DNA from: Gemmatimonadales bacterium
GTDB lineage: Bacteria; Gemmatimonadota; Gemmatimonadetes; Gemmatimonadales; GWC2-71-9
Reading direction: 5' to 3'
NCBI GenBank assembly: GCA_039794085.1
Contig: JBDIWC010000011.1
Location: 28,953-92,952, forward strand
DNA: 64,000 bases
Position 1 is the stretch's first letter. Each line of letters begins with the position of its first letter. Positions 60,809 to 64,000 of the stretch are shown here, in pieces. The translations under genes were made by a program, and so were the position numbers. The notes under the pieces were generated by a model. That model saw only the letters and a program-made list of their open reading frames with translations. It made no database searches and was not told where the DNA came from.

Positions 60809-61341
60809 CAGCGCGGTGGTCGCCGGCCACCAAATCGCTGCCGTTCGTCGGCGGCGGCCTTGTTCAAGGCCTTTCGGTAGTTCCGGTAGTCCTCCCATTG
60901 GGACTTCGACAGGAGCGGTTTGAGCTCCTTGTCCTCGAACTTCCGGTCGGCCTTGTCGAGGTTCTTGCCCAGAACCTGCAGGTCGCGGGCGAGGGGCAAC
61001 GCGCTCCCCCGGTCACGCCGGTCCATCTCCTGATAAAACCGGTTCAACAGAGCCCGGGCACTGTCCCGCTCGGCCGCAGTGGAAGCCATGTGACCGGTGT
61101 ACCCCGCCTCGTATCGCGCCACGGAGGCGCTGTCGAGCTCGAAGAGCTGCCGCACCCCCACCGGGGACATGGGACCGGCCAGCTGCTCGTCGGTGGGCAC
61201 ATTGCGAAACACCGACTGGCGGGGATCCCGGACCTCGTTGCCAAAGCCCCCGCCGGGGAGCCCCGAGGTCTGGGCAAAGCCCACTCCAGGAGCTGCGGCC
61301 ACCGCAAGGACGATTAATAATACACTCAGGGAACGGAACAC
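60808..61341 (-). CDS. Exported helical hypothetical protein
   Basis: GGAGG RBS, signal peptide, LLSKSQWEDY. Confidence 0.6.
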   Translation of the reverse strand: MFRSLSVLLIVLAVAAAPGVGFAQTSGLPGGGFGNEVRDPRQSVFRNVPTDEQLAGPMSPVGVRQLFELDSASVARYEAGYTGHMASTAAERDSARALLNRFYQEMDRRDRGSALPLARDLQVLGKNLDKADRKFEDKELKPLLSKSQWEDYRNYRKALNKAAADERQRFGGRRPPR

Positions 61342-61505
61342 GCGTACCTCCAGCGGGAAACACGAAAACCGGGGCCCGGACTGTCTCTGCCCGGTCCCGT
61401 GCGCATCCCGGATCATCACCCCATGGACGGCAGGAGGCAACCCGCCCCTTGCCGATACCTCTCGACTCCGGCAACCTTCCCTTCGACTGACCTCCCCGGA
61501 GACCG

Positions 61506-62531
61506 ATGCCACGCCGCCACCCCTGGGCCACCTGGTCGAATGAACGCCTGCTCGAACTCCGTCTCAAGGACCTCGACCTGACCCTCGAGGGAACCTGGCT
61601 CGAGGAGTGCCTGGGCACTCTGCACGAGGAATTGGGGCGCCGGAACATCCGGCTCCGGCCCCACGCCTGGCTCTCGGACGAGTGGTTTGCCCCCGACAGC
61701 ACCCCCGGCATCGCGGTTCCCTTCTATCTGGCCCATCCCCGTCTCATGCGGCTGGAGCGGAGCCAGATCCTCGACGTCGAGGGGGGCACCGTCCCCGAGT
61801 GCATGCGGATCCTGCGCCACGAGGCGGGGCATGCTGTCCAACACGCCTGGCAATTGCAGCGGCGCCGACGCTGGCAACAGCTCTTCGGGCGGTCCAGCAC
61901 CCGGTACCCCACCTTCTACCGTCCGAATCCGGCCAGCAAGCACTACGTTCAGCACCTGCGGCTCTGGTACGCTCAGAGCCACCCCGACGAGGACTTTGCC
62001 GAGACCTTCGCCGTCTGGCTCCGTCCCCGCTCCGACTGGCGGAAGCGCTACGCCGACTGGCCCGCCCTGCGGAAGTTGGAATACGTGGACGAGCTCATGA
62101 GAGAAATCGGCGACACCCCTCCCCTGCTCCGGAACCGCCGCACGGTGGACCCCCTTCACCGCCTCTCCCGCACCCTGGCCCATCACTATCAGGCGAGACG
62201 CTCGCTCTATTCCACGGAGTTCCCCACGATTTATGACCGGGATCTCCGCCGGATCTTTTCCGATGATCCCCGGCATCGGCGATCCCCCGCAGCCTCCACC
62301 TTCCTCCGGGCCAACCGAGCCCGAATTCGCCAGATGGTGGCGAAATGGACCGGAGAGTATCAGCTCACCCTCGATGCCGTCCTGGGTGACATGATCGGGC
62401 GCTGCCGCCAGCTCAAGTTGCGCGCCGTCGGCCCCGCGCGGCAGCTCCGCATGGATTTCACCGTGCTCCTCACCGTCAAGGCGATGCACTCCCTGTACAG
62501 CCCCTCCCGCCGGGATTGGATCGCCCTATGA
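61506..62531 (+). CDS. Putative zinc-binding metallopeptidase (zincin)
   Basis: HEAGH, YAQSHPDEDFAETF. Confidence 0.85.
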   Translation: MPRRHPWATWSNERLLELRLKDLDLTLEGTWLEECLGTLHEELGRRNIRLRPHAWLSDEWFAPDSTPGIAVPFYLAHPRLMRLERSQILDVEGGTVPECMRILRHEAGHAVQHAWQLQRRRRWQQLFGRSSTRYPTFYRPNPASKHYVQHLRLWYAQSHPDEDFAETFAVWLRPRSDWRKRYADWPALRKLEYVDELMREIGDTPPLLRNRRTVDPLHRLSRTLAHHYQARRSLYSTEFPTIYDRDLRRIFSDDPRHRRSPAASTFLRANRARIRQMVAKWTGEYQLTLDAVLGDMIGRCRQLKLRAVGPARQLRMDFTVLLTVKAMHSLYSPSRRDWIAL

Positions 62532-63553
62532 AACGTCTCCGCGTCCTCGTGTTGATGCATCCGCAACTCGTCCCTCCCGACTCGCTGGAGGGACACACCG
62601 AGCAGGAGATCAACCGCTGGAAAACCGAGTTCGACGTCGTCTCCACTCTCCGGGCCGCCGGTCACACCGTCCAGCCCCTCGGCGTGCAGGACGAGCTCCG
62701 TCCCGTCCGCGACGCGGTCGAGTCGATGAACCCCCATGTGGTGTTCAACCTGCTCGAGGAGTTCCACGGCGAGACCACCTACGACCAGAATGTGGCCAGC
62801 TACCTCGAACTGCTCCGGGTGGCCTACACCGGGTGCAACCCTCGCGGCCTGGTCCTGGCACGGGGCAAGGCCCTCTCCAAGAAGCTCCTGGCCTATCACC
62901 GGATCCGGGTTCCCGCCTTCGCGGTGTTCCCCCACAGCCGCAAGGTGCGCCGCCCGGCCAAGCTCGCCTTCCCTCTCATCGTCAAGAGCCTCAATGAGCA
63001 TGCCTCGGTGGGCATCGCGCGCGCGTCTGTGGTGGACACCGACGACCGGCTCGCCGAGCGGGTCCGGTTCATCCACGAACGAATCGGCACCGACGCCATC
63101 GCCGAGGAGTTCATAGAGGGCCGCGAACTCTATGTCGGCGTGCTCGGCAACACCCGACTCACGGTCCTCCCCACCTGGGAACTCGACTTCGGCTCCATCC
63201 CGGCCGATGCCCCCCGCATCGCCACCGCACGGATCAAGCACGACGTCGACTACCAGGAACGTCGCGGAATCCTTCAGGGTCCCGCCGAGGGACTCACCGA
63301 GGAACTGACCACGAGCATCGGCCGGATCTGCAAGAGGATCTATCGCACCCTCGAGCTCGATGGGTACGCGCGAATCGATTTCCGTCTCGCCCCTTCCGGA
63401 GAGCTGTACTTCCTGGAGGCCAATCCGAATCCCGAGATCGCCCAACGGGAGGAGTTCGCCTCCGCCGCGGCCCACGCCGGAATCCCCTACGGGGAACTCC
63501 TCCACCGCATCCTGAACCTCGGCATGCAGCGCAACCGACCGATCCGGGAGTAA
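62528..63553 (+). CDS. D-Ala-D-Ala-ligase-like ATP-grasp protein
   Basis: VFNLLE, FPLIVK, EEFIEGRE, YARIDFR, LEANPNP. Confidence 0.85.
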   Translation: MKRLRVLVLMHPQLVPPDSLEGHTEQEINRWKTEFDVVSTLRAAGHTVQPLGVQDELRPVRDAVESMNPHVVFNLLEEFHGETTYDQNVASYLELLRVAYTGCNPRGLVLARGKALSKKLLAYHRIRVPAFAVFPHSRKVRRPAKLAFPLIVKSLNEHASVGIARASVVDTDDRLAERVRFIHERIGTDAIAEEFIEGRELYVGVLGNTRLTVLPTWELDFGSIPADAPRIATARIKHDVDYQERRGILQGPAEGLTEELTTSIGRICKRIYRTLELDGYARIDFRLAPSGELYFLEANPNPEIAQREEFASAAAHAGIPYGELLHRILNLGMQRNRPIRE

Positions 63554-64000
63554 GGGAGTAGTCCCTTACGGACAAAATTGAGCACAAAAGGGCAACAATA
63601 TTTTTGGCGACGCCCGGAACCCCTTGCGGACAAGGTGTTTGAGGGCGTTTAGGAAGGCATCCAACTTTGAGGCCTCTCGGGAAATGAACTCGAGTCGCGG
63701 AGCGCGCCGTCACCAGGCGATTGGTGTTTCCCGGGGCTGACGCCCCTTGCTCGGCCAGGGGAGGTGGCTCCCGCCACCGGCAGCCCAGACGAACACCCGG
63801 CCGTGTGAACGGCCTCTCGCCGCCGAGCCCGGGGCGAGAGCCCCGGGGAATCCACGCGACCCCGAGGCGCCTATTTGGTTCCGGCTCTGCCGGCTTAGGG
63901 AGTAGTCCCTTACGGACAAGATTGAACACAAAACGGCAACAATATTTGGGGCGCCCCCCGGACACCCGCTCCGGCCGTGCGTGTGACGGCGTCTGTGACG
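63553..64000 (+). mobile_element. Tandem ~344-bp non-coding element (MITE/IS-end-like); second unit runs off the window
   Basis: AGGGAGTAGTCCCTTACGGACAARATTGARCACAAAASGGCAACAATATTT at 63553 and 63897; homolog at 29191-29235. Confidence 0.55.

Noticed and set aside
62528..63553. Naming this gene ddl or a van resistance ligase
   Set aside because: Lacks canonical Ddl motifs and mur/van context
63553..63950. CRISPR array
   Set aside because: Only two ~50-bp repeats 344 bp apart; no cas genes

Overview
High-GC bacterial window. Gene families suggest Gemmatimonadota; this is inferred from sequence only. Family names were assigned by recognising motifs, not by database search. From left to right: (1) a group-4 [NiFe]-hydrogenase membrane-complex operon (hyfB-C-E-F-G, running off the left edge) that keeps the Ni-binding CxxC motif; (2) a shattered integron-integrase gene whose two halves bracket an intact four-gene operon of exported proteins (CsgG/HfaB-like, lipoprotein, DUF6175-like, hypothetical) and an IS5 scrap; (3) a decayed zone with a pepX pseudogene and toxin-antitoxin modules; (4) a heparinase/alginate-lyase, aminotransferase and two-amidohydrolase cluster, interrupted by an unannotated basic CxxC microprotein with a structured leader and an orphan antitoxin; (5) a triply degenerate Hpt-GGDEF-REC protein; (6) an arsR-D-A-acr3 operon with decayed usp, PIG-L and second acr3 remnants; (7) vapBC, peptidases, an ATP-grasp plus permease pair, an ECF sigma with a kinase pseudogene, a hybrid histidine kinase and housekeeping genes (AlaX, ggt, antiporters); (8) a zincin plus ATP-grasp ligase pair followed by tandem copies of a ~340-bp non-coding element that also occurs at ~29 kb. 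Intergenic DNA is crowded with GTAG- and CGTC-tagged palindromes and 7/8/9-mer tandem repeats. No rRNA, tRNA or CRISPR array was seen.
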